Assembly (NCBI GenBank): GCA_965279255.1
Contig: OZ257146.1
Span: 2,091,219 to 2,155,218, forward strand
Reading direction: 5' to 3'
Length of the DNA stretch: 64,000 nt
Source of the DNA: Acidimicrobiales bacterium
GTDB lineage: Bacteria; Actinomycetota; Acidimicrobiia; Acidimicrobiales; Acidimicrobilacustridaceae
Of the stretch, positions 1 through 9,174 are shown piece after piece. The translations under genes and the position numbers were made by a program. Position 1 is the stretch's first letter. Every line of letters starts with the position of its first letter. The notes under the pieces were generated by a model that saw only the letters and a program-made list of their open reading frames with translations, had not been told where the DNA came from and ran no database searches.

Positions 1-471
1 CGTCGACGGGGTCGCCGCGGGAACCTCGGCGGCGCGGCTGTCGTCCTCGGCACCGGGGAGCAGGTACACCGGCGACGGGGCCTGCACCATGCCGAGGCGG
101 TCCTTGGCCTCGCTGACGATGCGCTCGGGGCTCTGGAGCTCGGCCAGGTCCATCTTGAGCTGCTCGGCCTGGTCCTCGGCGGTGGTGATGCGACCGTTGA
201 CGTCGTCGATGTGGCGCTGCTGCTGCACGATCAGCGTCTGGGCGCCGACGATCACGAACATGGCTGCGAACAGCAGGCCACCGGCGACGGTGCCGACCTG
301 CCAGCTGCGGCGTCGACGCGCCGCCGGGGCGACGACCTTCAGCTCGGGGCGGTCGTCGTCGCCGCGACGGGTGGTGCGGTCGGGCAGCGCCGCGGCGAGC
401 GCCCCGAGCACGCCGTGGCGGCGGGACTCGACCTCGGCGTCGGCCCGGGCGGCCGCGGTGCGGGGGCTCAT
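1..471 (-). CDS. ftsL: FtsL-like cell-division membrane protein (3' end runs off the window)
   Basis: Manual minus-strand translation from ATG 471..469, which forms an ATGA overlap with the rsmH stop. It reads MSPRTAAARADAEVESRRHG...RRRRSWQVGTVAGGLLFAAMFVIVGAQTLIV (one TM helix), then QQQRHIDDVNGRITTAEDQAEQLKMDLAELQSPERIVSEAKDRLGMVQAPSPVYL. There is no stop before base 1. Position after mraZ-rsmH fits the dcw cluster order. Confidence 0.7.
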   Translation of the reverse strand, partial: MSPRTAAARADAEVESRRHGVLGALAAALPDRTTRRGDDDRPELKVVAPAARRRRSWQVGTVAGGLLFAAMFVIVGAQTLIVQQQRHIDDVNGRITTAEDQAEQLKMDLAELQSPERIVSEAKDRLGMVQAPSPVYLLPGAEDDSRAAEVPAATPST

Positions 472-1436
472 CGGACGACCTCGTCGGCGGCGAGCTTCTC
501 GGCGGAGCGGAGGCGGGCGCTCTCGGCACGGGGGTTGCGCTCGAGCTCGGGGGCCGACGGCGTGAGGCCGCCGCGGCGCAGGAGCCGGAGTGTCGGGGTG
601 GCGCCGCAGACGCAGGGCAGCCCGGGCGGGCAGGTGCAGCCACCGGTCTCGGCGTCGCGCAGCACCTGCTTCACGATGCGGTCCTCGCCCGAGTGGTACG
701 ACAGCACGGCGATGCGGCCGCCGGGGGCCAGTGCGTCGATGGCGGCCTCGAGGGCCACCGGCAGCACGTCGAGCTCGGCGTTGACCTCGATGCGGATCGC
801 CTGGAACGTGCGCTTGGCGGGATGGCCACCCTTGCGGCGCGCGGGTGCGGGGATGGCGTCGCGCACGAGCTCGGCGAGCTCGCCGGTGGTGCGCACCGGG
901 CGGGCGGCGACGACGGCCTTGGCGATCCGGGAGGCGAAGCGCTCGTCGCCGTAGGTGCGCAGCACCCGGGCGAGGTCGGCCTCGGCGTAGCCGTTGACCA
1001 CCTCGTCGGCGCTGAGGGCGGCGGACGGGTCCATCCGCATGTCGAGCGGGGCGTCGAGGCGGTAGCTGAAGCCTCGGTCGGCCCGGTCGAGCTGCGGCGA
1101 GCTCACGCCGAGGTCGAACAGGGCGCCGACGACGACCTCTCCGGCGGGCACCTCGGCGGTGACGACGGAGGCCAGGGCGTCGAAGCGGGCCCGGGCGGTG
1201 CGGGCCCGGGAGCCGAAGCGCTCGAGGCGGGCATCGGCGGCGGCGAGGGCGTCGGGGTCCTGGTCGATGCCGAGGACCTTCAGCTGGGGGTGGGCCTCCA
1301 GCAGGGCGGTCGCGTGACCGGCCCCGCCGAGGGTGGCGTCGACCAGCCAGCCGGCCGGCACGGGGGCGAACAGGTCCACGATCTCATCGGCCATCACCGG
1401 GCGGTGGGCGAAGTCGGGATCGGGCTGTCCGGTCAT
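468..1436 (-). CDS. rsmH: 16S rRNA (cytosine1402-N4)-methyltransferase RsmH/MraW
   Basis: ORF 468..1685 trimmed to ATG 1436 (MTGQPDPDFAHRPVMADEIVDLF). Motifs: LVDATLGGAGHA, FDLGVSSPQLD, RGFSYRLDAPLDMRMD, LSYHSGEDRIVK. Lies between mraZ and ftsL. Confidence 0.95.
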   Translation of the reverse strand: MTGQPDPDFAHRPVMADEIVDLFAPVPAGWLVDATLGGAGHATALLEAHPQLKVLGIDQDPDALAAADARLERFGSRARTARARFDALASVVTAEVPAGEVVVGALFDLGVSSPQLDRADRGFSYRLDAPLDMRMDPSAALSADEVVNGYAEADLARVLRTYGDERFASRIAKAVVAARPVRTTGELAELVRDAIPAPARRKGGHPAKRTFQAIRIEVNAELDVLPVALEAAIDALAPGGRIAVLSYHSGEDRIVKQVLRDAETGGCTCPPGLPCVCGATPTLRLLRRGGLTPSAPELERNPRAESARLRSAEKLAADEVVR

Positions 1437-1694
1437 GGTGCACGACGACACCCGCACTCGGCAGCCACCACGGGGGTGGCGGAGCCGGTGGGCTCGCTCA
1501 TCTGCAGCCCCTCGGATCACGGGCGCCCGACGGGATGTCTCCCCGCCTGGGCTCGATGGGAAGCGGGCGGAGTAGGGGCCTTCCATCGTGTGATCCGAGA
1601 GGCTGCAGATGAGCGGGCCGTCGACCGGCGTCGAGCGGCGGGTGGTGCGGTCCTTCCTCGAGAGAGTGGGCGGCGTGGTCGTCATGGCGGTCGA

Positions 1695-2114
1695 CTAGAG
1701 CCCGAGGGCGGTCACCGCCTGGATGAGGGAGTCGTCGGCGATCCCGGACTGATCACCCCAGCGGGCGGCGTCCCAGATCTCGATGCGGTCGATGGCGCCG
1801 ATCACAACGGCGTCGCGCTCCAGGTGGGCGAACTCGCGGAGGCGCTGCGGGATGGTGATGCGGCCCTGGCTGTCGGGGCGGACCTCGTGGGCGTTGGCGG
1901 CGAAGGACCGCAGCGCCTCCTGGGGGGCGAGGCCGTCACGGACCTTCTCGGTGAGGCGGTGGGCCACGTCGGCGAAGTCGGCCTCGGTCCACAGCCCGAG
2001 GCACTTGTCCCACTGAGACAGGTACCCCTTCTCGTTCATCTGGGCGCGGAAGGAGGAGGGCAGGACCACACGTCCCTTGTCATCGAGCGAATGCTCGAAG
2101 GTGCCCACGAACAC
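1695..2114 (-). CDS. mraZ: Transcriptional regulator MraZ
   Basis: ORF 1695..2201 trimmed to GTG 2114, giving (M)FVGTFEHSLDDKGRVVLPSSFR, the typical MraZ N-terminus. The second half-domain reads DSQGRITIPQRLREFA. First gene of the dcw cluster. Confidence 0.9.
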   Translation of the reverse strand: MFVGTFEHSLDDKGRVVLPSSFRAQMNEKGYLSQWDKCLGLWTEADFADVAHRLTEKVRDGLAPQEALRSFAANAHEVRPDSQGRITIPQRLREFAHLERDAVVIGAIDRIEIWDAARWGDQSGIADDSLIQAVTALGL

Positions 2115-2128
2115 GACGTTCCGACCTT

Positions 2129-2212
2129 CCACCCTGGGTCTTGGACCCACCTGGCCCCCACGGGGCCCCACTGCGCTCCACCGTATGCCACTTCCCCCCA
2201 CCGGTCAACCAC
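2129..2212 (-). promoter_or_regulatory. Array of 7-8 same-orientation GTGG(G) repeats with 10-11 nt phasing; candidate MraZ operator
   Basis: Plus-strand CCAC has its A at 2211, 2200, 2190, 2180, 2170, 2160, 2149 and 2131. The array lies directly 5' of the mraZ start at 2114. Confidence 0.55.
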
Positions 2213-2297
2213 CCTGCCCCAGGAGGTGCCGAACGGCCTCCACCGCGGGGCGCGCGAAAGCTCGCGCCCATCGCGCGTGAGCTCGCCCCTGCTGCCC

Positions 2298-2407
2298 GAA
2301 GCTGGCTCAGGACGTGGCGGAATCCGCAACGTGGTGAGCCAGCTTCAGGGGCGCGGCGAGAGGTGGCTCACCTGATGTCGGAACCCGACACGAGGTGAGC
2401 CAGCTTC
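2298..2407. repeat. Two tandem nested hairpins (TGGCTCA...TGAGCCA stems) with a 14-nt perfect direct repeat GGTGAGCCAGCTTC; probable terminators downstream of the enoyl-CoA hydratase gene
   Basis: Hairpin a: GAAGCTGGCTCA 2298..2309 pairs with TGAGCCAGCTTC 2335..2346; inner palindrome GCGGAaTCCGC. Hairpin b: TGGCTCACC 2364..2372 pairs with GGTGAGCCA 2394..2402; inner stem TGTCGG/CCGACA. The direct repeat sits at 2333..2346 and 2394..2407. Confidence 0.6.
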
Positions 2408-2414
2408 GGAGGGG

Positions 2415-3233
2415 TCAGTCGACCTGGGTGCGGCCCCGCTCGACGATGCCGAGGCGCCGGGCCTCGACCTCGGCCGGGCTGCCGCCGCGGCCGGTGGCCA
2501 GCCACTCGCGGCTCACCCTGGTCTCGAGGGCCACGGCCTCGGCCCGGGTGCCCATCGTCCCCTCGTCGTAGGTCTGCAGCAGGCGCCGCACCCCCGACTG
2601 GTCGTTGGAGACGATGTCGGCCGCCAGCCGGCGAGCGACGGGCAGCAGGTCGCCGTGGGCCACGACGTGGTTCACCAGGCCCCAGGCGAGCGCGGTGGCG
2701 GCGTCGACGAAGTTGCCGGTGGCCGACATCTCCTTGGCCCGGCGCACCCCGACCGCGGCGGGCAGGCCCACGGTGAGGCCCCATCCGGGCTGGATGCCGA
2801 CGCGACTGTGGGTGTCGGCGAAGCGGGCGCGCTCGGACGCCACGAGGAAGTCGCACACGAGGGCCAGCTCGAGCCCACCGGTGACGGCGACCCCGTTGAC
2901 GGCCCCGATCAGCGGTTTCGTCATCGGCGGAAGCGGCCGTGCCGCCTCGGTGACGTCGACGATCTCGGTGCCCGCAGCCGAGCCTCCGCCGGTCGTGGCG
3001 CCCGAGCCCAGCTCCTTCAGGTCGAGCCCGGCGCAGAACGCCGGGTCGGCGCCGGTGAGGATCACCACGTCGACCCCGTCGTCGGCCTCGGCCTCGGCGG
3101 CGCGGGCCCACAGCTGACGCCGGACCTCGGCTGACAGTGCGTTGCGGGCCTCGGGCCGGTTCAGGGTCACGACGGCGACGCGGTCGGACACCTCGTAGCG
3201 CACCACGTCGGACGGTGTGGTCGGGTCGCTCAC
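2415..3233 (-). CDS. Enoyl-CoA hydratase/isomerase (crotonase family)
   Basis: C-terminal 272 aa of ORF 2415..4883, starting at GTG 3233 (GTGA overlap with the upstream stop). Motifs: VAVVTLNRPEARNAL, FCAGLDLKE, GAVNGVAVTGGLELALVCD. Confidence 0.9.
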   Translation of the reverse strand: MSDPTTPSDVVRYEVSDRVAVVTLNRPEARNALSAEVRRQLWARAAEAEADDGVDVVILTGADPAFCAGLDLKELGSGATTGGGSAAGTEIVDVTEAARPLPPMTKPLIGAVNGVAVTGGLELALVCDFLVASERARFADTHSRVGIQPGWGLTVGLPAAVGVRRAKEMSATGNFVDAATALAWGLVNHVVAHGDLLPVARRLAADIVSNDQSGVRRLLQTYDEGTMGTRAEAVALETRVSREWLATGRGGSPAEVEARRLGIVERGRTQVD

Positions 3234-4405
3234 GCCGGACCCTCGTCCAGGACCTCGAAGCCGATGCCGGCCGCCCGGAGGCGTCCGGTGAGCGCCTCGC
3301 CCATGGCGATGGCGGTGGTGGTCTGGCCCACGACCTCGGGCAGCTCGTCGTAGGCGAGGCACAGCGCCGACTCGGCGAGCATCTTCGAGGTCTCCGTGTA
3401 GCCGGGGTCGCCGCCGGTGACGTGGGCTACCACCCGACGCCCGCCGCCGGTGCCGACGAACCGCACGTCGAAGTGGTTGCGGGCCCGCACCTTCTCGCTC
3501 GGCCCCGACCCGGGTGGCACCAGCCTGGCGACACCGTCGCGGAGCGGGGGGACCTGGGCCAGCAGCCCGACGGTGGCCACGCCGAACAACGCCAGGGGCA
3601 CCATCGGGAGCGGCCCGACCACGAAGTTGTGGCTGTAGGTGAAGCCGGTGCCGTAGCCGAGCGCCGCCGAGGACCGCAGCACGATCTGGGCGTCGACCGA
3701 CGGGAACGGCAGCGACCACGCGCCCGCCTCCTGCATCGGCCCCCGCACGAGCGTGGTGGGACGGGCAGGGGGCCCTTCGACGTGGAGGCGCTCGGCGGCG
3801 GTGCGCCGGCCGGCCCCGATGCGGCCGAGGAACCCCATCGCCGAGGCCAACGACCCGCCGGAGAAGGCCCCGACGGCCTTCACGTAGCCGTGCACGGTGA
3901 GCGGCGCGTCGGAGGGGAGGTGGCCGACGGTGTACCGCACCCCCAGGTCGTGGGGGATGGAGTCGAACCCAGCGGCGTGCACGAGCCGGGCGCCGGTGCC
4001 CTCGGCGGTGACGTGGTGGCTCAGCCAGGTGCGGTCGACGAACTCGGCCTCGCCGGTGAGGTCGAGGTAGTCGGTGCCCTCCGCGGCGCAGGCGGCCACG
4101 ACCGGGTCGCCGTAGCGGAGGTAGGGGCCGACCGTGGTGATCAGCACGCGGGTGGAGGCGGCGAGGTCGCGCATGGAGCCGGGGTCGTCGACGTCGGCGA
4201 CGATCACCGGGAGGTCGGCGAGCGACGGGTCGTCGGCCGCCAGCCCGGCGCGCACCCCCTCGAGGCGCCGACGGGACCGGCCGGCGATCGCCCAGCGGCA
4301 TCCGGCCGGGGCGCGCCGGGCGAGCTCGGCGGCGGTGAGGCCGCCGGTGAACCCGGTCGCCCCGAACACCACCACGTCGTAGGTCCGACTCCCCTGTGCG
4401 GGCAC
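3230..4405 (-). CDS. Saccharopine dehydrogenase-like NAD(P)-binding oxidoreductase (trans-acting enoyl reductase-like)
   Basis: ORF 3230..4669 trimmed to GTG 4405. Rossmann motif YDVVVFGATGFTGGL, followed by LITTVGPYLRYG and DLTGE. Confidence 0.75.
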   Translation of the reverse strand: MPAQGSRTYDVVVFGATGFTGGLTAAELARRAPAGCRWAIAGRSRRRLEGVRAGLAADDPSLADLPVIVADVDDPGSMRDLAASTRVLITTVGPYLRYGDPVVAACAAEGTDYLDLTGEAEFVDRTWLSHHVTAEGTGARLVHAAGFDSIPHDLGVRYTVGHLPSDAPLTVHGYVKAVGAFSGGSLASAMGFLGRIGAGRRTAAERLHVEGPPARPTTLVRGPMQEAGAWSLPFPSVDAQIVLRSSAALGYGTGFTYSHNFVVGPLPMVPLALFGVATVGLLAQVPPLRDGVARLVPPGSGPSEKVRARNHFDVRFVGTGGGRRVVAHVTGGDPGYTETSKMLAESALCLAYDELPEVVGQTTTAIAMGEALTGRLRAAGIGFEVLDEGPA

Positions 4406-4544
4406 GCCACCCCTCCCCCGTTCGCGTGGGCAACGGTGTACCACGCGACCCGATCCCCGCTCCGGCCGGGACCGGCGACCCGGTCGACCGGTGGACCGGT
4501 ACCGTCGACCCGACCGTCCGCCCGCCGCACCGACCGGAGCGCCG

Positions 4545-4973
4545 ATGCCCCTCCCCGCCGAGGACCGACCACCGGTCGACCACGACGTGCACACCGACGA
4601 GCTGCCCCCGCTCCCCCAGCGCGACTCCCGCATCCCCGTCGCCCGCTGGCCGGAGGCGCCCGCCGTCATCCGGGAGCTCGGGGCCGACCTGGGGGCCGAG
4701 CCGGGGGCCGAGCCGGGCTACCTCCGCCGGATCGGTCGCTACCTGCTGTGGCGGGCCGGACCGGCGGTGAAGGCCGACGCCCGCTACGGCGCGGTGGCGG
4801 CCGACGACCTCGACGAGGTCTGGACGTTCCGCCTGTTCGCCGACGGCACCGGCGAGGGGCTCGGACCGGACGGCGCCACCCACGACCGCTTCCGCTCGTG
4901 GAAGGAGGCCCTCAGGGACGCCTCCGGCGACGGCGACGGCAGGGACGCCGACGACACACCGTCAGCCGACTAA
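4545..4973 (+). CDS. Hypothetical protein
   Basis: ORF 4491..4973. Strong G/C third-position bias from ATG 4545 onward. No family recognised. The start could instead be 4491. Confidence 0.5.
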   Translation: MPLPAEDRPPVDHDVHTDELPPLPQRDSRIPVARWPEAPAVIRELGADLGAEPGAEPGYLRRIGRYLLWRAGPAVKADARYGAVAADDLDEVWTFRLFADGTGEGLGPDGATHDRFRSWKEALRDASGDGDGRDADDTPSAD

Positions 4974-5356
4974 CGGTTCTCCGGGAGCGGCAGGAGGATG
5001 GTGAACTCGTTGCCCTCGGGGTCGGCCATGCGGCGGTGGCTGTCACCGTCGGGCTCCTGGATCACGGCGACGAGGCGGCCGCCCAGCGCCTCGATCTGAC
5101 CCTGGGCCACGTCCATGTCGACGACCTCGATGTCGGGGCGCAGGCGCATGGCGCCCTTCTCGCCACCCGGCGGCAGCGGCTGGAAGGCGAGGTAGACACC
5201 TCCCTTGTCGCGGTCGAGCTGGATCCAGTCCTGCTCGACCTCGTAGATGCCGACGCCGAGCACCGCCTGCCAGAACCGGGACACGCGCTCGGGGTCCTCG
5301 CAGTCGACGACGACGGCGCGCAGCCATCCGACGGGGGCGGTGGTGGGCTCACTCAT
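4970..5356 (-). CDS. VOC/glyoxalase-family protein
   Basis: 128-aa ORF starting at ATG. It shows the pattern WLRAVVVDCEDPERVSRFWQAVLG...ADPEGNEFTIL typical of glyoxalase/bleomycin-resistance folds. Confidence 0.8.
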   Translation of the reverse strand: MSEPTTAPVGWLRAVVVDCEDPERVSRFWQAVLGVGIYEVEQDWIQLDRDKGGVYLAFQPLPPGGEKGAMRLRPDIEVVDMDVAQGQIEALGGRLVAVIQEPDGDSHRRMADPEGNEFTILLPLPENR

Positions 5357-5383
5357 GGGGTTCCTTCCGGGGACGGATCGGCC

Positions 5384-6586
5384 TCAGCGGCCGAGGATCT
5401 CTTCGAGGTGGTCGAACACGCGCTGGTTGCGCAGCTTGGGGGCGCCGATCTCGCAGTCGAGCCCCGCCCCCTCAGCGGTGGTGAACGGGATCGACGTGGC
5501 GTGGGCGCCGAGCGCGTCGACGAGCTCGGCCGACTGGCCCGGGAACGACATCGCCGCATCGGGGTCGCACACGAGGGTGGGCACCCGGATGCGGCCGAGG
5601 TACGGCTCGAGGTCCCAGCCGCTGAGGCGGTCGAGCACCCCGCCGACGCTGAGGCCCACCCACTGCTCGACGACCTTGGCGGCGGCGAACGAGGTGTCCG
5701 GGTCGTCGGCCGCGGCCACGGCGGCGTCGATCGCCGCGGCGCCACCCGACGCCCACGCCGCTCGCAAGCCGTCGGGCAGCCCGCCCAGGACACCCTCGAG
5801 CGGTCGGAGCACCCCGGGATCGCAGACCAGCGCGGTGACGCGGGGGTCGGCGGCGGCGTGGCGCGCCGCGAGGTAGCCGCCGTCGCTGATGCCGGCGGCC
5901 ACGACCCGGCGCTCGTCGATCCCACCGGCGGCGAGAGCGGCGTCGAGCATGGCCACGCCGACCGGGCCCCAGTCGTCGACGGGCCCGACGTTCTCGATGA
6001 ACCGCATCCGGCCCTGCCCCGGGCCGTCGAACACGAGGGTGTTCCAGCCCCGACGCGACGCGTCCTGCAGCCCCGTCATGACCGTGTCCGACATCGGGGA
6101 CCCGAGGCCGTTGTGGATCATCATCAGGGGTCGTTCGCCGTGGCCGGTGCCGGCGGCGGGGCGCACCAACCAGCCCCGCATCTCGGCGCCCGACCAGGAG
6201 ATGCTCAGCGGCTCGGCCACCTCGTCCCAGTGCATGAGCGCGTTGCGCAGCGAGGTGCGGTGCGCCCGCCAGGCCGACAGGTGGCGCCCGGGGTCGGCCG
6301 ACCCGAGCACGAGGTAGAAGCCGGCGAAGCGGTAGTTGGCCGCCCGGAGGTACGCGTCCGATGCGCTCGCGTCGTGACCGAAGTGCGCAGCCCGGCCGGC
6401 CACGGCGTCACACCGGGCCCCGAGCTCGGTCCAGGCCCGGAACCAGCTCTCGCGGTCACCGGGCTCGACGGACGCCGCCGTGGCGAGCACCTCGCCGGGC
6501 TCGGCCATGCCGTAGCCGACGCCGGTGAGCAGGCACCGCACGGCGAAGTCGAAGCCACCGTCGGAGGAGAACGAGATGTCGGGCAC
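5384..6586 (-). CDS. Alpha/beta-fold hydrolase
   Basis: 400-aa ORF starting at GTG. Nucleophile elbow GISDGG, with LVFDGPGQG upstream. The long N-terminal cap resembles C-C hydrolase or dipeptidyl-peptidase-like members. Confidence 0.7.
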   Translation of the reverse strand: MPDISFSSDGGFDFAVRCLLTGVGYGMAEPGEVLATAASVEPGDRESWFRAWTELGARCDAVAGRAAHFGHDASASDAYLRAANYRFAGFYLVLGSADPGRHLSAWRAHRTSLRNALMHWDEVAEPLSISWSGAEMRGWLVRPAAGTGHGERPLMMIHNGLGSPMSDTVMTGLQDASRRGWNTLVFDGPGQGRMRFIENVGPVDDWGPVGVAMLDAALAAGGIDERRVVAAGISDGGYLAARHAAADPRVTALVCDPGVLRPLEGVLGGLPDGLRAAWASGGAAAIDAAVAAADDPDTSFAAAKVVEQWVGLSVGGVLDRLSGWDLEPYLGRIRVPTLVCDPDAAMSFPGQSAELVDALGAHATSIPFTTAEGAGLDCEIGAPKLRNQRVFDHLEEILGR

Positions 6587-6618
6587 GGCGCGGGATCGTA
6601 GGACCTGGTTCCCCTAGC

Positions 6619-7743
6619 GTGACGCACCGCATGCACCTGCCGACCCGTCTCGCCCCGGTCCCCCTCGACCCGCGCCTCGAGGCCGCGGCCGTCGAGGTGC
6701 TCGCTGCGCCGCCGCGTCCGCCCCGCAATCCGGGCCTGTTCACGTCGAACGCGCTGTTCGGTGAGCCCGGCATCTACCCCGACGGGCCACCGATGGAGCC
6801 GGCGATCGGCGGGCCCACCGACGAGCACCTGGCCCGCGCCGCGATCGGCACCCTGCTCCCCGACCACCTCGGCGAGCCGGGCTCGGTGGCCGAGGGCCTG
6901 ACCCTGTTCGACGGCCCCACCCTCCACCGCCTCGCCCCCTCGCCGCTGCCCCGCGCCGCGCTCGTGCTCCTGTGCGGCACGGTCGCCGCACCGGCGCTGG
7001 CCGCCGTGGCCGGCGGACGGGCGGGCGTGCCGTTCAGCTCGGTCACGGTCGCCGCGATGCCCGGCTCCGGCCGGGTGGTCGGCCCGGCCCCCGACGGCCC
7101 CGACGGCGCCCGCGCCGTCAACGACCGCTACGCCGCCGAGCACCCCGCGGTGCTGGCCCCGTCGCTGGCCCACGACCTGCTGTGGAGCGGCGACGGCCAT
7201 GACCAGTACGAGGAGGCGACCCTCCATGCCGTGCTGGCGATGGTGCACCTCCAGGTGATCGCCGCCTCGCCGTGGATCGCCCACCTCGGCACCGAGCTCA
7301 CCCGCCGCCAGAACTCCCTGGCGGTGACCCTGGCGAACTCGCGCCATCCCGGCTCGGCCGCCATGGCGGTGAGGGCCGACGACGGGCCCGGCACGATCCC
7401 CGGCGGCGACCCCTCGATGCAGACGCGCGACTTCTGGTCGATCCCGTTCGCCGGGGGGCCGGTCACCGACCGTCCGGCACCGCCGGCGCTGGCCACGGTG
7501 CTCGGCGCCGTCGCCACCGACCCTCATGCCGTCCCCGCTCCGCTGCGGTACGACCGGGCCCTCGATGGATTCGTGGCGAACGATCTCGGGCGAGGCTGGC
7601 TGAGCGTCGTCGAGCAGCTGCGGGCGACGTTGGCCCTGGGCCTCGTCTCGATCGACGACATCGCCGAGGCCAGCGGGCTCGGACCGGATGCCGCGGTGCG
7701 GGCCTACGGCCTGGCGGCCGCACAGGCCTGCTGGCCGTCGTGA
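6619..7743 (+). CDS. Hypothetical protein
   Basis: 374-aa ORF with coding-type codon bias. Its stop overlaps the following MFS start (GTGA). No family recognised. Confidence 0.6.
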   Translation: MTHRMHLPTRLAPVPLDPRLEAAAVEVLAAPPRPPRNPGLFTSNALFGEPGIYPDGPPMEPAIGGPTDEHLARAAIGTLLPDHLGEPGSVAEGLTLFDGPTLHRLAPSPLPRAALVLLCGTVAAPALAAVAGGRAGVPFSSVTVAAMPGSGRVVGPAPDGPDGARAVNDRYAAEHPAVLAPSLAHDLLWSGDGHDQYEEATLHAVLAMVHLQVIAASPWIAHLGTELTRRQNSLAVTLANSRHPGSAAMAVRADDGPGTIPGGDPSMQTRDFWSIPFAGGPVTDRPAPPALATVLGAVATDPHAVPAPLRYDRALDGFVANDLGRGWLSVVEQLRATLALGLVSIDDIAEASGLGPDAAVRAYGLAAAQACWPS

Positions 7744-9164
7744 GCGCCGGCACCCTCGACGCCTCGACGGGCGGCACCCGCCGGGCGTGGTGGGTGCTGG
7801 CCGCCATGTGCCTGCCCCTGCTCGCCCAGTCGCTCGACGTCAGCGGCATCGGGCTCCTGCTCCCGTCGATCGGCGCCGACCTCGACGCCGGCCCCACGGC
7901 CCTCGGTTGGGTGATGAACGCCAACCCGTTGGCCTTCGGCGCCCTCCTGCTCACGGCCGGCTGGGTCGCTGACCGCTTCGGGCCCCGCACCCTCCTCCTC
8001 GTCGGCGTGGGTGCCTTCGGCGTGGCGAGCGCGCTGTGCGCCATCGCTCCCTCGACCGGCTTCCTCGTGGCCGCCCGCGCCGCCCAGGGGCTGGCCTCGG
8101 CGGCCTGCTTCACCACCTCGCTGGCCGTGGTCAGCGCCACCTTCGACGAGCGCCGCCGACCTGGTGCCATCGGCGCCTGGGGCGCGGTCAGCGGCGCCGG
8201 GTCCGCGTTCGGGCCGCTGCTCGCCGGGGCGCTGGCCGCCACCCTCGGCTGGCGCTGGTTCTTCGTGATCAACGCCCCGCTGTGCCTGCTGGCGGTGCCG
8301 GTGATCGCCGTGCTCACCCGGCCGAGCACCTCGACCTCCACCGCGCCGGCACCTGCCGCGCAAGGAGCTCGCGCTCCCCGCATCGGGCTGGCCGCGGTGG
8401 CCGTGGGCTTCGTGGCCCTCAGCCTCGCCGTGGGCTCGTCGGTGTCGGCCGCCGCCCGCCTCGTGCCCGCGCTGCTCGCCGTCGCCGCCCTCACCGTGCT
8501 CTGGCGCGGCCGGCGCAACGGTCGGCCGGTCGTCGAGCCCGCCGCGCTGGCGGGACCGTGGTCACGGGCGGCGCTCGCCGTCGGCTTCTCCTCCACCTGG
8601 GCGTTCGGCGTGGTGCTGGTCATCGGCAGCGCCCTGTTGCAGCAGGTCCGGGGCATGGGCCCCATGGCGGCCGGTGTCACCTTCCTCGCCTTCAGCGGCG
8701 CCTTCGCCCTGGCCGGCGCGGCGGTGGGCCGAATGGTTCGGCGGGCCGGGGTGGGCACGACGATGGGCACCGGCATGGCGCTGACCGTCGTCGGCCTGGC
8801 CCTGCTAGCCCTGCTCCCGTCCGACGTCGGACTCGGGGCGATCATCGCCGCGCTGGTGATCGGCGGCCTCGGCCAGGGCCTCGCCTTCGATGGATCCACG
8901 ACCGCGTCGCTGGCCGGCGTGCCCGGCGGGTCGACCGGCGAGGCCACCGCCTCGGTCCAGACCCTGCGGCTCCTGGGGTCGGTGCTCGGCGTCGCCGCGT
9001 CGGCGGCCATCGTCGCCACCGCCGCCGCCGGGGCCTCGACGACCGAGATCGCCGACCTCCAGCGTCTGGCGTTCGCCCTCGCCGCGGTCGTGGCCGTGCT
9101 CGGCTGCGCGGCGCTCGGGGCCCTGCGACCGGCGAGCCGCGACCGCACGTCGACGCGTCGGTAG
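7740..9164 (+). CDS. MFS transporter (drug:H+ antiporter-like, many TM helices)
   Basis: In frame with ORF 7272..9164, starting at GTG 7740. Motifs: GWVADRFGPRTLLL (MFS motif A-like) and GAWGAVSGAGSAFGPLLAG. Hydrophobic segments run throughout. Confidence 0.85.
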   Translation: MSAGTLDASTGGTRRAWWVLAAMCLPLLAQSLDVSGIGLLLPSIGADLDAGPTALGWVMNANPLAFGALLLTAGWVADRFGPRTLLLVGVGAFGVASALCAIAPSTGFLVAARAAQGLASAACFTTSLAVVSATFDERRRPGAIGAWGAVSGAGSAFGPLLAGALAATLGWRWFFVINAPLCLLAVPVIAVLTRPSTSTSTAPAPAAQGARAPRIGLAAVAVGFVALSLAVGSSVSAAARLVPALLAVAALTVLWRGRRNGRPVVEPAALAGPWSRAALAVGFSSTWAFGVVLVIGSALLQQVRGMGPMAAGVTFLAFSGAFALAGAAVGRMVRRAGVGTTMGTGMALTVVGLALLALLPSDVGLGAIIAALVIGGLGQGLAFDGSTTASLAGVPGGSTGEATASVQTLRLLGSVLGVAASAAIVATAAAGASTTEIADLQRLAFALAAVVAVLGCAALGALRPASRDRTSTRR

Positions 9165-9174
9165 CCTCCACGCC

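Noticed and set aside
3137-6601. A 1154-aa plus-strand ORF. Similar very long ORFs occur at 693..2375, 14869..15924, 15690..18410, 37267..39519, 50906..53395 and 60769..62985.
   Set aside because: These products are rich in Arg, Gly, Ala and Pro and lack family motifs. They lie antisense to, or out of frame with, genes that have clear family signatures. They are typical shadow ORFs of very high-G+C DNA.
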